Shown: piece by piece, positions 16,535 to 27,800 of the stretch
Layout of the letters: every line of letters begins with the position of its first letter
Position numbering within the stretch: the stretch's first letter is position 1
IMG/VR virus record: IMGVR_UViG_3300028048_000068
Coordinates: 32,001 to 96,000 of that record
Source of the DNA: a virus
Taxonomy: Duplodnaviria > Caudoviricetes
Reading direction: 5' to 3' (one strand)
DNA: 64,000 nucleotides
Program-made: the position numbers and the translations under genes
The notes under the pieces: model-generated
The model's database searches: none
What the model saw: only the letters and a program-made list of their open reading frames with translations
Told to the model about the DNA's origin: nothing

Positions 16535-17952
16535 TGGATAAAGAAAAAGATAAATTAACAACTTTTTCTCTTTCCGTTTATGGTGACATTACTAGTTATA
16601 ATGAAGTTCTGTCTAAAGCAAGATGCCGCATTTTCTATAAGGGCGCGAATCGAAATGGCACCTTTATTACAGATGAGTTTGCGGAACAGTTAATTTCAAC
16701 ACTTCCATATGTGCCTGTTAAGGGCATATATGATACTATGAAGGATGATTTTACTGACCATGGAAGAGAAAGATATGAGGGACGTATCTATGGTATTGTT
16801 CCAGAAAATCCAAACTTCGCATGGGAGAACCATCTTGATGTAGACGGAGTAGAAAGAACATATGCATGCACTGATGTGTATCTTTTTACTGGATTATATA
16901 AACAAGAAGCTTTTAATATAGTTCAGAAGTCGCAGTCGATGGAGTTATACGCTGATTCTATTGATGGTGAGTGGCAGTATATTGGTGGAAAGAGATATTT
17001 TGTGTTTACAAAAGGTCGTTTCCTTGGTTTACAGGCACTTGGTGAAGATTACGAGCCTTGTTTTGAAGGCGCCGCTTTCTACACATTCGTAGATTCAGTT
17101 AAAACTCTTATGACTGATTTACAAGGCACTGATGTATTTCAAAAGCAGAACTTGGAGGGAGAAAAACATATGAATTTTAAACTTTCTGATAATCAGAAGT
17201 ATAATATGCTTTGGACTCTTTTAAATAATAGATTCAATGAAGAGAACGAATATGTCATGGACTATGCAATTTGCGATGTTTATGACGAGTATGCAGTAGT
17301 ATTTAAGTTTGAAACTGGTGAATACAATAGAGCATATTATACAAAAGATGATGAGACAGATTCTCTTGCCATTGATAAGATGGAAGTTTGCTATATCGTA
17401 GATGTTAATGAGAATGAAAAGCACGCGCTGGACGTTCTTCATGCTATGAATAACAATACTTATGAGAAACTGGACGAGGTTGTAGATGGTCTGAATACTC
17501 AAGTAGAAGAATTTACTGCTCAAGTTGGAGAACTTAACTCCAAAATTGAAGAGAATGATACTACAATCGCTACTTTACAACAGGATAATGAAAAACTTCA
17601 GAATGAATTAGAGGAAGCTAATAGTAATTATACTGCTTCTTTAGAGACAATTGAAACTCTGACTTCTGAAAATACAGAGCTGAACAGCTTTAAGGCTGAT
17701 GTAGAACTGAAAGAAAAGGAAGCTGTTATTGCTAAATACAGCACTCTTCTTGATGAAGAAGACCTTGAAGGTTTCAAAGACAGACTCAACGAGTTCACTA
17801 AAGAAGATTTAGATAAGGAACTTGCTTTTGCTCTCGTTCAATCTAAGTCGACAATTTTCACTAACGCAGAAGATAACTTCATTCCAAAGCCAGAGGAGAA
17901 CCTCACTGGAATCGAGGCTATTTTAGCAAGACAAAAGAATAAGAAGAAATAA
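16534..17952 (+). CDS. Prohead protease/scaffold
   Basis: NRNG, SQSMEL and LG...EPCFE motifs; acidic coiled-coil C-terminus. Confidence 0.75.
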   Translation: MDKEKDKLTTFSLSVYGDITSYNEVLSKARCRIFYKGANRNGTFITDEFAEQLISTLPYVPVKGIYDTMKDDFTDHGRERYEGRIYGIVPENPNFAWENHLDVDGVERTYACTDVYLFTGLYKQEAFNIVQKSQSMELYADSIDGEWQYIGGKRYFVFTKGRFLGLQALGEDYEPCFEGAAFYTFVDSVKTLMTDLQGTDVFQKQNLEGEKHMNFKLSDNQKYNMLWTLLNNRFNEENEYVMDYAICDVYDEYAVVFKFETGEYNRAYYTKDDETDSLAIDKMEVCYIVDVNENEKHALDVLHAMNNNTYEKLDEVVDGLNTQVEEFTAQVGELNSKIEENDTTIATLQQDNEKLQNELEEANSNYTASLETIETLTSENTELNSFKADVELKEKEAVIAKYSTLLDEEDLEGFKDRLNEFTKEDLDKELAFALVQSKSTIFTNAEDNFIPKPEENLTGIEAILARQKNKKK

Positions 17953-17969
17953 TAAACGGAGGATTTATT

Positions 17970-18566
17970 ATGGCCGGTAATTTTAAAAGATTCGTAATTG
18001 ACGGTTTTGGTCAATTAGAACTTAACCAGGTATCTTTCCGTAGAGATGGAAGAGTTGAGGCTCAGTGTGCCCTTGATGCTACTGATTTCGCTTCGATTCC
18101 AGCTGAAAATGGAATGCTGCTTGCAGTAGATAGAGTTAATAGAACAGTTAAGTTCCCTACTACTGCTAATGTTGCAAAGATGCCGGTTGCTTTAAACTAT
18201 ACAACAGAGCATATGTATGATGAAAGAGCAAATGCTTTAAAGAATTTCAAGCTTGAGAGGGGTACATTCCTTCCTAGACTTGGCTTCCTGTCGGTTGGTG
18301 AGCTGTTCACAACTAACTGTATTGGTTATGATGATAGTGAATGGACTGATACTGGTTCGGGAGCAACAGCAAAGACTGCTGACGAGAATTTTGAGACAGC
18401 TTGTGGTAATATCGCTACTACTCCACTTTATGGTGGAATTAGTGACGCGGGAGCTATTAAGGTTTCGGCTACAAAACCAAGTGCTGGTCCTGTACTGCTT
18501 GTTGTTGAGAAGACAACAATGCCGGATAATCAGTTTGCTCTGAAGTTCCAGGTTCTTGAAGCATAA
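17970..18566 (+). CDS. Head structural/decoration protein
   Basis: Between scaffold and capsid; ENGM motif; highly expressed codon usage. Confidence 0.65.
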   Translation: MAGNFKRFVIDGFGQLELNQVSFRRDGRVEAQCALDATDFASIPAENGMLLAVDRVNRTVKFPTTANVAKMPVALNYTTEHMYDERANALKNFKLERGTFLPRLGFLSVGELFTTNCIGYDDSEWTDTGSGATAKTADENFETACGNIATTPLYGGISDAGAIKVSATKPSAGPVLLVVEKTTMPDNQFALKFQVLEA

Positions 18567-18582
18567 TAGGGAGGTATGAAGA

Positions 18583-19644
18583 ATGACTATTAAAGAAATG
18601 AAAGAATTAGCTGTATATGCGGCTAAGGGTCAGGCTCCAACTAACTATTCTGTAGAGAACGTTGATGATGCTCTTCGCGAAGGATTCAGAGAGTTAGCTG
18701 GTTCCGTCAATCAGTTCATGAAGAACAGATATGACATTTATGAAATTATAATTGAGGCTGCTGACGAAATCGTTCCTAACAAGGTTATCGACGCTGTAGG
18801 AATGTTCGCAGAGGTTCAACAGGTTGGACAAGGTCAGAAGGCTCTGTTCAGACAGAAGCTGGGCAGAAGCAGAGCAAGAAAGTTCCTTACTCAGGTTGGT
18901 CTGTCTGGTGTATATGAGAGTTTCAGACTCGACAATAGCACTTTCGAAGTTAGCGCTCACGCTATCGGCGGAGCCGTTTCTATCGACTTCGAGAGAATGC
19001 TTGATGGTGCTGAAAACATGGCTGAGCTCGTTGGAATTCTGACAGAGGCTCAGACTGATGCAGTATATCAAGAGGTTCAGAGAGCACTGCGCGCTGCTGT
19101 TACTCAACAGGGTGTTCCGGCTAACAACAGAGCTAACGTAACAGTTGGTAATGACTTTGATGGCCAGGAAATGATGAAGCTCATCTCGACAGTTAGAAGC
19201 TATGGTTCTGGCGCTGTTATCTTTGCACCGCCTGAATTCGTTGCTGCTATGGGTGCTGATGCTATCGTTCCGGTTGCTGCTAATGGCAACTATGGTGGAG
19301 TATATCATCCACAGGACATCGATGCTATCCACAACCAGGGATACATCAATATCTTTAGAGGAACTCCGATTGTTCAGATTCCGCAATCATTTGTTGATGA
19401 GAACAACGTAGAGACTTGGATTGACCCACAACTTGCTTACGTACTGCCGACTGGTGGTGAGAGAGTTGTTAAGGTTGTATTTGAAGGACAGACTCAGATT
19501 TGGGACTTCACAAATGCAGACCAATCCATGGAGATTCATACTTATAGAAAGCTCGGAACAGCTATCCTTGCTTATCATAACTGGGGAATTTATAAGAATG
19601 AGGGAATCGCTCAGACTTATAAGGAGATGTATCCGAACGTATAA
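18583..19644 (+). CDS. Major capsid protein
   Basis: Position, 353 aa, strong codon bias, followed by a terminator. Confidence 0.8.
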   Translation: MTIKEMKELAVYAAKGQAPTNYSVENVDDALREGFRELAGSVNQFMKNRYDIYEIIIEAADEIVPNKVIDAVGMFAEVQQVGQGQKALFRQKLGRSRARKFLTQVGLSGVYESFRLDNSTFEVSAHAIGGAVSIDFERMLDGAENMAELVGILTEAQTDAVYQEVQRALRAAVTQQGVPANNRANVTVGNDFDGQEMMKLISTVRSYGSGAVIFAPPEFVAAMGADAIVPVAANGNYGGVYHPQDIDAIHNQGYINIFRGTPIVQIPQSFVDENNVETWIDPQLAYVLPTGGERVVKVVFEGQTQIWDFTNADQSMEIHTYRKLGTAILAYHNWGIYKNEGIAQTYKEMYPNV

Positions 19645-19654
19645 TTGGTTAAAT

Positions 19655-19685
19655 AGGGGAGGGGTTCGTCCCCTCCCTAATTTAT
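19655..19685 (+). terminator. Terminator after the capsid gene
   Basis: GGGAGGGG-TTCGT-CCCCTCCC followed by a T-rich tail. Confidence 0.7.
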
Positions 19686-19817
19686 TTGTAATATGTTGAG
19701 GTTGTACGTTGAAGCGCGGCCGCCCGTCTATGCGCGGCATGAGGTGTCGTCTATGTCTGTACGAGGGCGACTGGCCGCAGTGTACGTAAGACCTAGGAGT
19801 TAAAAGGAGTATTTAAA

Positions 19818-20306
19818 ATGGATAAGAAAGTAAAAGTTGTAAGTTTAGTTTCACAAAGGGTTGTGCTGACAGTACCAGACTTAAGGCTTAGACGTGTTTG
19901 GGAAAGAAAAGGTGCTACAGCAGTAATTCCTTTTGAGCAGTTAGAAGAGGCTATGTATAGTCCTGGTGTTGAGAATATGTTTAAGAATGGTATTCTTGGC
20001 ATTGATGACATGGAAGTTAAGATTGCGCTGGGTCTTGAACCAGATGGAGCAAAGGAGCCAGTAAATATTATTACTCTGAATGATGAACAGAGAAAGCGTT
20101 ATCTTAAGGTAATGCCGGTTTCAGAATTTAGACAGAAGATTAAAGAGCTTCCAATTGAACAAATTAACGAACTGGCGGCATATGCTATTGCAAATGAGAT
20201 TATGGACTATGATAAGTCTGAAATTATTCAGCAATACGTAGATGTTGATATTATGAAGGCCATTAAGTTAAATAGGGACGACCAAGCCGTAGCAAAGGAG
20301 AAATAA
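19818..20306 (+). CDS. Hypothetical head-associated protein
   Basis: RBS AAGGAG; morphogenesis operon. Confidence 0.7.
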   Translation: MDKKVKVVSLVSQRVVLTVPDLRLRRVWERKGATAVIPFEQLEEAMYSPGVENMFKNGILGIDDMEVKIALGLEPDGAKEPVNIITLNDEQRKRYLKVMPVSEFRQKIKELPIEQINELAAYAIANEIMDYDKSEIIQQYVDVDIMKAIKLNRDDQAVAKEK

Positions 20307-20307
20307 A

Positions 20308-20736
20308 ATGGCTTCAGTCTATGACGTATATGATGCGTTTCTATCTAAAATGTTAGAAGACGAATGGTTAAATTGGACAGATGAAGAAAGAGAAATGGAT
20401 TGGCGGTCTTTATTAGATGCGGCGATTCCTTATTTTAAGTTTCCTAGGGTTAGCTTGGAGATTCAAGATGATATGTTCGTTGATGAAAATGTAGCCAATG
20501 AAGAGATTCAAATACTTGCAACTTATATGAAATGCGAATGGCTTAATAGAACCATTATGACATGGGAGAATGTTAAGCCATTATATGTTGAAAGAGATTT
20601 CTCACAAGCTAATTTAATAGATAAGTTAAAACAATTACTTGAAAGAGAGGAATATAAAGCATTGAAGTTAGAACGTATTTACTATCGTTCTCGCAAGGGC
20701 CAGCCATTTACATATAGACAATTGGCAGGAGAGTAA
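20308..20736 (+). CDS. Putative head-tail connector/adaptor
   Basis: Position and size; DFSQANL motif. Confidence 0.55.
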   Translation: MASVYDVYDAFLSKMLEDEWLNWTDEEREMDWRSLLDAAIPYFKFPRVSLEIQDDMFVDENVANEEIQILATYMKCEWLNRTIMTWENVKPLYVERDFSQANLIDKLKQLLEREEYKALKLERIYYRSRKGQPFTYRQLAGE

Positions 20737-20737
20737 A

Positions 20738-21025
20738 ATGAAATATATTCCTGGTATGGATGAAGGATATGCAAATAGTTTAAAGAATAAACTATTTGGA
20801 TTACTTTGCGAATACGAGAAAGGAAGAGAGTGGGAAAAGTTTTTAGACTCAATTATTATTGAGTTATATGGTTTTGACCCAGAGGAAAGAACCATTAATT
20901 ATTATACCCTGTTTCATAAAATTTCCTCTTTGAGATATTTACGTTATGAGTATTTTAGAAGTACAATTTTTGATTGTATGTCTTTACTTTCAAAACAAAT
21001 GGAGGGAGACGATGGGATACTATGA
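20738..21025 (+). CDS. Hypothetical protein
   Basis: RBS; operon spacing. Confidence 0.7.
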   Translation: MKYIPGMDEGYANSLKNKLFGLLCEYEKGREWEKFLDSIIIELYGFDPEERTINYYTLFHKISSLRYLRYEYFRSTIFDCMSLLSKQMEGDDGIL

Positions 21026-21734
21026 GGAAGTATATTTAAAGAGGTTAAATAGATATGGAGTAGACTTTCAATCTCGTTTACAAGGTCAGAGAGAAGAAAA
21101 TTTCCATAGGCAGTTGATGAAGTCGGTTTATTATGTGGAATTTGAATACGACGGAGAAGTGCGCGAGGGCGAACTTACACCGATGAGACAGAATGAAACA
21201 AAAACGATGCAGTATTTATTAACCGACGTACATTTAGATATGCCGAATGGAACAATTTTATTTATCCCAGATAAGGATTATGAATTAAGACCTTGGCTTA
21301 TTTATTATTTAGAAGATATGAAAGCTAGTGGATATAATAGATATATTATGTTGAAGATGACTCATTTTCTTACTTGGAAAGACAGAGATGGTAATGAGCA
21401 GACTTCTTGGGCATACTTCTATGGTCAGGAAGATAACATGCTTAAAGATGAGTTAAAATCACGTAGTAGAAGTAAGGTATTATATACTGAAAATTTAAAG
21501 TTAAGTTTCTTTATTTTACCAGTTAATGAGTTTTTAAGAAAAGACGATTATTTAGAAGTTGGTGAAGGCAGATTAAAAGAAGCTTATGTTGTTACTGGTT
21601 ATGATATGCAGTCAACTCCTGGAGTTGAATTCGTATCAGTAGACCCACAATATATTAGAGATTTAACTCCACCGCCAGAGCAGAAGGAAGGGGATAATAA
21701 CGATGACTACTTCTGGTTGAATGGAGGTAAATAG
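21012..21734 (+). CDS. Putative head-closure protein
   Basis: RBS GGAGGG before ATG at 21012; position in the neck module. Confidence 0.55.
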   Translation: MGYYEEVYLKRLNRYGVDFQSRLQGQREENFHRQLMKSVYYVEFEYDGEVREGELTPMRQNETKTMQYLLTDVHLDMPNGTILFIPDKDYELRPWLIYYLEDMKASGYNRYIMLKMTHFLTWKDRDGNEQTSWAYFYGQEDNMLKDELKSRSRSKVLYTENLKLSFFILPVNEFLRKDDYLEVGEGRLKEAYVVTGYDMQSTPGVEFVSVDPQYIRDLTPPPEQKEGDNNDDYFWLNGGK

Positions 21735-21736
21735 AT

Positions 21737-22228
21737 ATGAACGTAAGAAATTGTAAAGACATTGGAGTTAACGCTCAATATATAGTGAAAAGGCTTTTAG
21801 CCAATCAAAACTTACTAAAACTATTATATTACACTGATAAAGACCCATTGAGTCATGAGGATTTAACCGAAGAACAAATACAGAATGAGGTATTTGGGAA
21901 GTTAATTAAAATAGTTCCTCGTGTTGGTCCAAAAGAGACGGCGCACTCAATTATTGCACTTCGAATCGCGCGAGCCCGCGGTTTAGCATCAAACAATGAA
22001 TTTAAAAATGTAATGATTAGTGTTGAAGTTTTTGTGCCAATGACTCAATGGATTATTAAAGATACTAATTTAAGGCCTTTTGCTATTATGGGGGAAGTTC
22101 AGGAGTCATTAAATAATAAGAAGATTGAAGGATTAGGTAAGTTAACTGGCGGAGATTTCAGTTTAAATTTCTTAACTGAAGAAATTTCTGCCTATGAACA
22201 AACCTTCGTATTAACTTCTTATGATTGA
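21737..22228 (+). CDS. Putative tail terminator/completion protein
   Basis: Position; LLKLLYY and RP..I motifs. Confidence 0.55.
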   Translation: MNVRNCKDIGVNAQYIVKRLLANQNLLKLLYYTDKDPLSHEDLTEEQIQNEVFGKLIKIVPRVGPKETAHSIIALRIARARGLASNNEFKNVMISVEVFVPMTQWIIKDTNLRPFAIMGEVQESLNNKKIEGLGKLTGGDFSLNFLTEEISAYEQTFVLTSYD

Positions 22229-22985
22229 TGAAAAAATTTTACTTGGCTTTCCGATTGACTTCCAAGGGATTTGTCAAATATATCCCCCTAAAGTAAAAGA
22301 TGTGGTTGGTAATAAAGATTTCGGTATTTATCAATCATTGTTTACAATGACTCAAGAGGAGTTGGATAAAGCGTTTTTACAAGACGAAAATGTGCAAAGG
22401 GTTCCAACTCCTTTTCAGTATTTATTAATTAACTATTATCAAGATGATGTGGTTAAAGAGAAAATTGAAGAAGCTTTTCAATATTTTGTGCATGAACCGG
22501 TTACTATTGTTCCGGAGATTGAGATGTTGTTGATTGGGAAGTCGGAAGATGAATTAGACCCAGACGTAGACCTTGAAAATCCAAGGCTGCTTACTGCGGA
22601 GAATTATTTCGAATTTCAAAATCAGATACGTAAGGTTATGGGAGTGGAGGCCGAGAAGGCACCCGACCCAGAGGAAGAAAACCTAGACCCGCGCATTAAA
22701 CGATATAAAATGAAAATTAAGCAAAGTGAAGAGTTACTTAAGAGAAAAAAAGCTAAAGAAGCTCCAACTTTGGGAACTTTACTGACTGCAATTTGTTGTA
22801 TGGGAATTGGTTTAAATCCACTTAATATTGGAGAGATGAGCTATGCGTGCGTTCATTGGTTAATTGCAATGGAACAGCAAAAGGAAGAATACGATATTGA
22901 TATACGTGCGCTTCTTGCTGGCGCGGATAGTAAAAAAGTTAAACCAAAATATTGGATAAAAAATATAGACGAAAAAGAATTATAG
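22221..22985 (+). CDS. Hypothetical tail-module protein, possible assembly chaperone
   Basis: Position; ends in LLAGA...KPKYW. Confidence 0.55.
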   Translation: MIDEKILLGFPIDFQGICQIYPPKVKDVVGNKDFGIYQSLFTMTQEELDKAFLQDENVQRVPTPFQYLLINYYQDDVVKEKIEEAFQYFVHEPVTIVPEIEMLLIGKSEDELDPDVDLENPRLLTAENYFEFQNQIRKVMGVEAEKAPDPEEENLDPRIKRYKMKIKQSEELLKRKKAKEAPTLGTLLTAICCMGIGLNPLNIGEMSYACVHWLIAMEQQKEEYDIDIRALLAGADSKKVKPKYWIKNIDEKEL

Positions 22986-22998
22986 GAGGCTATATAAT

Positions 22999-23991
22999 AT
23001 GGCAATTATTCTTGATAAATATGCTATCAAAGAAGTCGCTGACGTTATGTTCTACGAGTTAGACTCGAAGGGCGCTCCTTCTGCTCCAGTTCTTTATCTG
23101 GACACTCTTAAGACATCAACTCTGAGCCAGAGCTCTGAAGTTGTTGACGCTAGAGGTGGTAAAGGTAACGTTAAGATTCTTTCTTGGGATACTAACAAAG
23201 AGCTTACTATCGAGATGGAGGATGCTGTATACAGCGCTAAGTCTCTCGGTATCATGTTCGGTGGAGACATGAAGGTTTATGGAAATAAGCAGGAAGTTCT
23301 GAAGACTCTTCGCTACAGCCTTGAAGACATTAAGCAGGTTTCAACTGATTATCTTACTTTTGATATCGCTGGTAATAAGCTTTACATTGCTAAAACTTTA
23401 GTATCTGCATTTAGCTATCAAAAGACTGATGGTACAGAAGTTGCTGACCCAGTTCCAATGGCTGCTGCTACAGTAGATTGGACTACTGGAAAGAGCACAG
23501 ATGGAAAGCAGGCTGTTGAGTTTATTACTTTTGACCTATTAGACTGCACATCAAGTGCTACTAGCAGAACTGCTAATAATGGCGTTATCAATGGCGGTGT
23601 TACAATTGATATCGGTGCAGAGTTCAATTCAAATACTTATTACATCACTGGCGATACATATGCTAGAAACGTTGCTTCCGGTAAGGACGAATTCCTTCAG
23701 TTCATCATTCCAAAGGGAAAGGTTTCTGCTGAGGATGTTAGCCTGACAATGGAAGCTGATGGAGACCCTGCTACATTCTCGATGACAGTTCAGTGCCTGA
23801 AGTCCGAGAGTGGCTCAATGGTTAAGCTTGTTAAGTACAATATTGGTGCTGGCGGTGCTGACGCTATTGGTAATAAGGGCGTTGCATCTGTTCTTGATGG
23901 TTTTGAAAATAATCATGACACTTATACAAATCCTAACGCTGCAGTTTCCGGAATTTCGCAGAATGACCCGGATTTCGTACCAGGAGAATAA
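22999..23991 (+). CDS. Major tail (tube) protein
   Basis: Strong codon bias, terminator at 24010-24042, ARGGKGN..I.W motif. Confidence 0.75.
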   Translation: MAIILDKYAIKEVADVMFYELDSKGAPSAPVLYLDTLKTSTLSQSSEVVDARGGKGNVKILSWDTNKELTIEMEDAVYSAKSLGIMFGGDMKVYGNKQEVLKTLRYSLEDIKQVSTDYLTFDIAGNKLYIAKTLVSAFSYQKTDGTEVADPVPMAAATVDWTTGKSTDGKQAVEFITFDLLDCTSSATSRTANNGVINGGVTIDIGAEFNSNTYYITGDTYARNVASGKDEFLQFIIPKGKVSAEDVSLTMEADGDPATFSMTVQCLKSESGSMVKLVKYNIGAGGADAIGNKGVASVLDGFENNHDTYTNPNAAVSGISQNDPDFVPGE

Positions 23992-24055
23992 TTTAATAAA
24001 GCAACTTATGGCGGAGGGGCGGTAACGTCTCTCCGCTTTTGTTTAGGAGACATAT

Positions 24056-24862
24056 ATGGATAATAAGTTCGGTATGCAAGAACTGTACTTTGTGCAGTTA
24101 AAATCCACTTATCCTATAGAGATAAAAGGTAGAGAAATTGCCGCGGGTGAAGTTATTGCGGCGTTTGATAAAATTCAAATTAGTAACTTTCAAGAAATAC
24201 ATAAAGAAGTAGCCGCACAAGGTGGCTACTATAATCGAAAGTTGGTAGTTTGGAACAGGACTGAGGGAGTAAATTTAATTTTCACGCAAGGAGTATTTTC
24301 AAAGACTCAATTAGGACTTATGACAAATACTCGATTAGTTAATATCGGTGAGAATCAAATTGTACGGATTGCACAACGCGATGAGCTTGAAACCGATAGT
24401 GAAGGGAAAATTACATTAACCCACGTACCTATAGATTCGTGGATTTTTGTTTATAATAAAGAAACGGGTGAGAAACTGACGAATTTAACTTGGGTTGATA
24501 AAACTCAAGCTATACTGCAAACCCCTCTAGTCTATAAGGATGTTATTGTAGATTATGAATATGGATATGATAATGGCGCGGATGTGAGTTTTATTGGCGA
24601 AGATATCTTTGAGGGGTATGTGACTTTAGAGGGACGTACGAGAATTAAAGATGACATAACTGGCGAAACTCATACGGCAATTATTTATATTCCGAAATTA
24701 AAAATTACGTCAGACTTTAATCTCACTTTAGGAACAAATGCGCAGCCAGTGGTAGGGAAGTTTAGTGGAACGGCTTTACCGATTGGAAATGCGAAAAATT
24801 CAAAAGCCTTAGAGATATATTACTTGGAAGATGATATAGATAGAGATTCCGAATGGCGTTAA
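24056..24862 (+). CDS. Tail-tube paralog
   Basis: EVAAQGGYYNRKLVVWN aligns with EVVDARGGKGNVKILSWD of 22999..23991. Confidence 0.6.
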   Translation: MDNKFGMQELYFVQLKSTYPIEIKGREIAAGEVIAAFDKIQISNFQEIHKEVAAQGGYYNRKLVVWNRTEGVNLIFTQGVFSKTQLGLMTNTRLVNIGENQIVRIAQRDELETDSEGKITLTHVPIDSWIFVYNKETGEKLTNLTWVDKTQAILQTPLVYKDVIVDYEYGYDNGADVSFIGEDIFEGYVTLEGRTRIKDDITGETHTAIIYIPKLKITSDFNLTLGTNAQPVVGKFSGTALPIGNAKNSKALEIYYLEDDIDRDSEWR

Positions 24863-24897
24863 TTTTTAATTAACGCTATTTTTTATTGGAGGTAAAT

Positions 24898-27800
24898 ATG
24901 AGTGACCAGGTTATAGGCGTAACCATAAAAGGTATAGGTGATTTTAGCGACGTTGTCAGTAATGTCGGCAGTGTGCAAAAAGCCTTAGCCAAACTTAAAC
25001 TACCAGATAAGTTAGGTGATAGTTTAAACAAAAATATTACTGCCTTTTATAAGGAATATGAAAAATATCAGAAGAAAATCACTGAAGGTGTTAAAACTCA
25101 AGGCGATTATAATCAAGTAGAAAAATCCTTAAATAATATGCGCAGTTTATATCAAGCAATTGGTAAGGATGCACAGAAACTTACTCAGCTTGATATGAAA
25201 GATATGCTTAATCTCGACACTGGTGAAGTTAAAAAGATTATGGATGAATTAACCAGTGTTGTTAAACAGATTGGTAGTGTTAAGATTGATACTACTCCAT
25301 TTACTAAAGCTTTTGCTGATATTCGAAGCATAACTAAAAATTCTAAAATATCTGGCGACAATGGTTTGTTAAGTCAGATTATTGGTAGTGTTAATACTGG
25401 ACAGATTGCCGCAGCTAAGAAACAATTACAAGAATTAGAAAATTATGCTAAAAAAGTTGCTCCACGCACTACAGAGACTGGCGCGAGAATGCCAGGTACT
25501 TTAAGCGCAGAAAAATATCAACAGTTAACTGCCGCGATTGGTGTTATGAATGGTGCCGTCGCACAAGCAGAAGCGGCGATGAATCCTTTAATTGAGCGAC
25601 AAAACGATTTACAAAAAGAATTAGATGAGACAAAACAAAAGGCTGCGCAAGGGATTAAAAATGAATTTGATGGATATAATCAAGCTAGTAATCAAGTTGA
25701 TAATTTGACTGAATCGCTAAAACGTATGCATCAAGAAGAGTTTAATTTTAATCGACAAGCTACAGACATTAGTCGACAAATACAGCAATATTTTGGATTA
25801 ACTCAAATTATTAGAAAGGTTGGTGATATTGCTCGTGATGCATTCGCTACAGTTAAAGAACTTGATGCTGCAATGACTCAAACTGCAGTAGTTACTAATT
25901 TTAGTGTTGGCGATATGTGGGATATGCTTCCTACTTATACTGCACAAGCTAATCAACTTGGCTCTACTATTAAAGATGTATATGAAGCTGCAACACTGTA
26001 TTATCAACAGGGTTTAAACACTAATCAAGCAATGAGTCTTGCTAATGAAACATTAAAAATGGCAAGAATTGCTGGATTAGGTGCGGCCGATGCAACTAAT
26101 ATGATGACTGCGGCACTCCGTGGATTTAATATGGAGATTAATCAGCAGTCAGCACAAAAAATTAATGATATTTATTCAGAATTAGCTGCGATTACAGCAT
26201 CAGATACTAAAGAAATCGGCTCTGCTATGGAAAGAACCGCGTCAATTGCTAATTCTGCTAATATGGAATTTGCTACTACATCCGCATTTCTTGCTCAGAT
26301 GATTGAAACAACCCGTGAGGCACCTGAGAATTTAGGTACTGCGATGAAGACTATTGTAGCTAGATTCCAAGAAATGAAGCAAGACCCTACAAAGCTGATT
26401 GATTCTGAGGGTGTTGCAATGGATGCCAATAAAGTTGATAAGGCATTAAAAACTATTGGCGTTAACTTGATGAATACAAAAGGTGAGTTCCGTGACTTGG
26501 ACGATGTATTCTTAGAGATTGCATCTAAATGGAATTCATTAAGCCAAGGACAGCAAAGATATATAGCGACCATTGCAGCGGGTTCTAGACAACAGTCACG
26601 TTTCATTGCTATGATGAGTAATTATGAGCGTACAATGGAACTGGTTGATGCTGCAAATAATAGTGCTGGTGCGAGTCAAAGACAATTTGAGAAAACATTA
26701 GATTCCATGGAAGCTAAATTAAATAAGCTGAAAAATGCTTGGGACCAATTTACCATGGGATTAATGAATAATCAAATTTTAAAATTTGGTGTTAGTGCTT
26801 TAACTGAAGGATTTACAATTATCAATAAATTTATTGATATACTTGGAAAGATTCCGCCAAAACCTTTTGAGGGAGTTACAAAATCTTTATTGACCTTAGT
26901 TTCTACTGTGGGTTTACTTAAACTCGGTGGTCGTGGAGCTAGTGCAATATCAGGAGGAATTTTTGGATGGCTTGGTGGAGAAGGATTCTCTAAAGGATTT
27001 AATGCGGGTTGGGCTCGCCCTGGAAAAAATAATCAACCTGGTGGAGAAACGAATAAACCTACTAATGGAATTATAAAACAAAGTCAGTTTAGCGCACCTA
27101 TTGTTAAAGATATTAATAGTGGTAAAATAGCTAATGCAATAGTTCAACAATTTAATAAAGCTAAACAACAAATTAATAGTATACCTTGGAATACTACTAT
27201 AGCTGTAGATAATCTTATTGACCAGTCAGCTTTAACTGCAGAAGGTAAAGAAGCGGGCCATAAATTGTGGCTTAGCATTCAGCAAGAGGTTAATAATGGT
27301 ACTTTAAAACCAGAATTAGCAACTATAGCATTTCAAAATCGTTTTCAGGGTAATATTGATTTTACTCAATTATCTGGAGAAGAAGAACGAGTAGAGCAAT
27401 TATCTTCAAGGTTTGATGGATTAGGAACCAAAATTAGTAGTGCAGGAATGAGTTTACAACAGTTTGGTTCTGTTTTACAAGGAACACCATTAGAACCTTT
27501 TGGTAATTTTTTAACGCGTATTGGCACATTAATGGTGACAGTTGGCGACACTGCAGTAAAAGTGGGCAGAAAATTAGTAACTGCTTTTATGAAGGCTAAA
27601 ACTGCTTCCGTTGCTGCAGGCGGAGGATTAAGTGGATTGAAAGCTGGAGCTTCAGCTTTTATAGGGGTTTTCACTAAAATTCCACCGCATATATTATTAA
27701 TTATTGCCGCTATAGCTGCAGCAATAGCAGTAGTTCATCATTTTGCGACAGCAAATAAAAGAGCTTTAGAAGCAGTAACAGATGCAGCTGCAGCAGCTTC

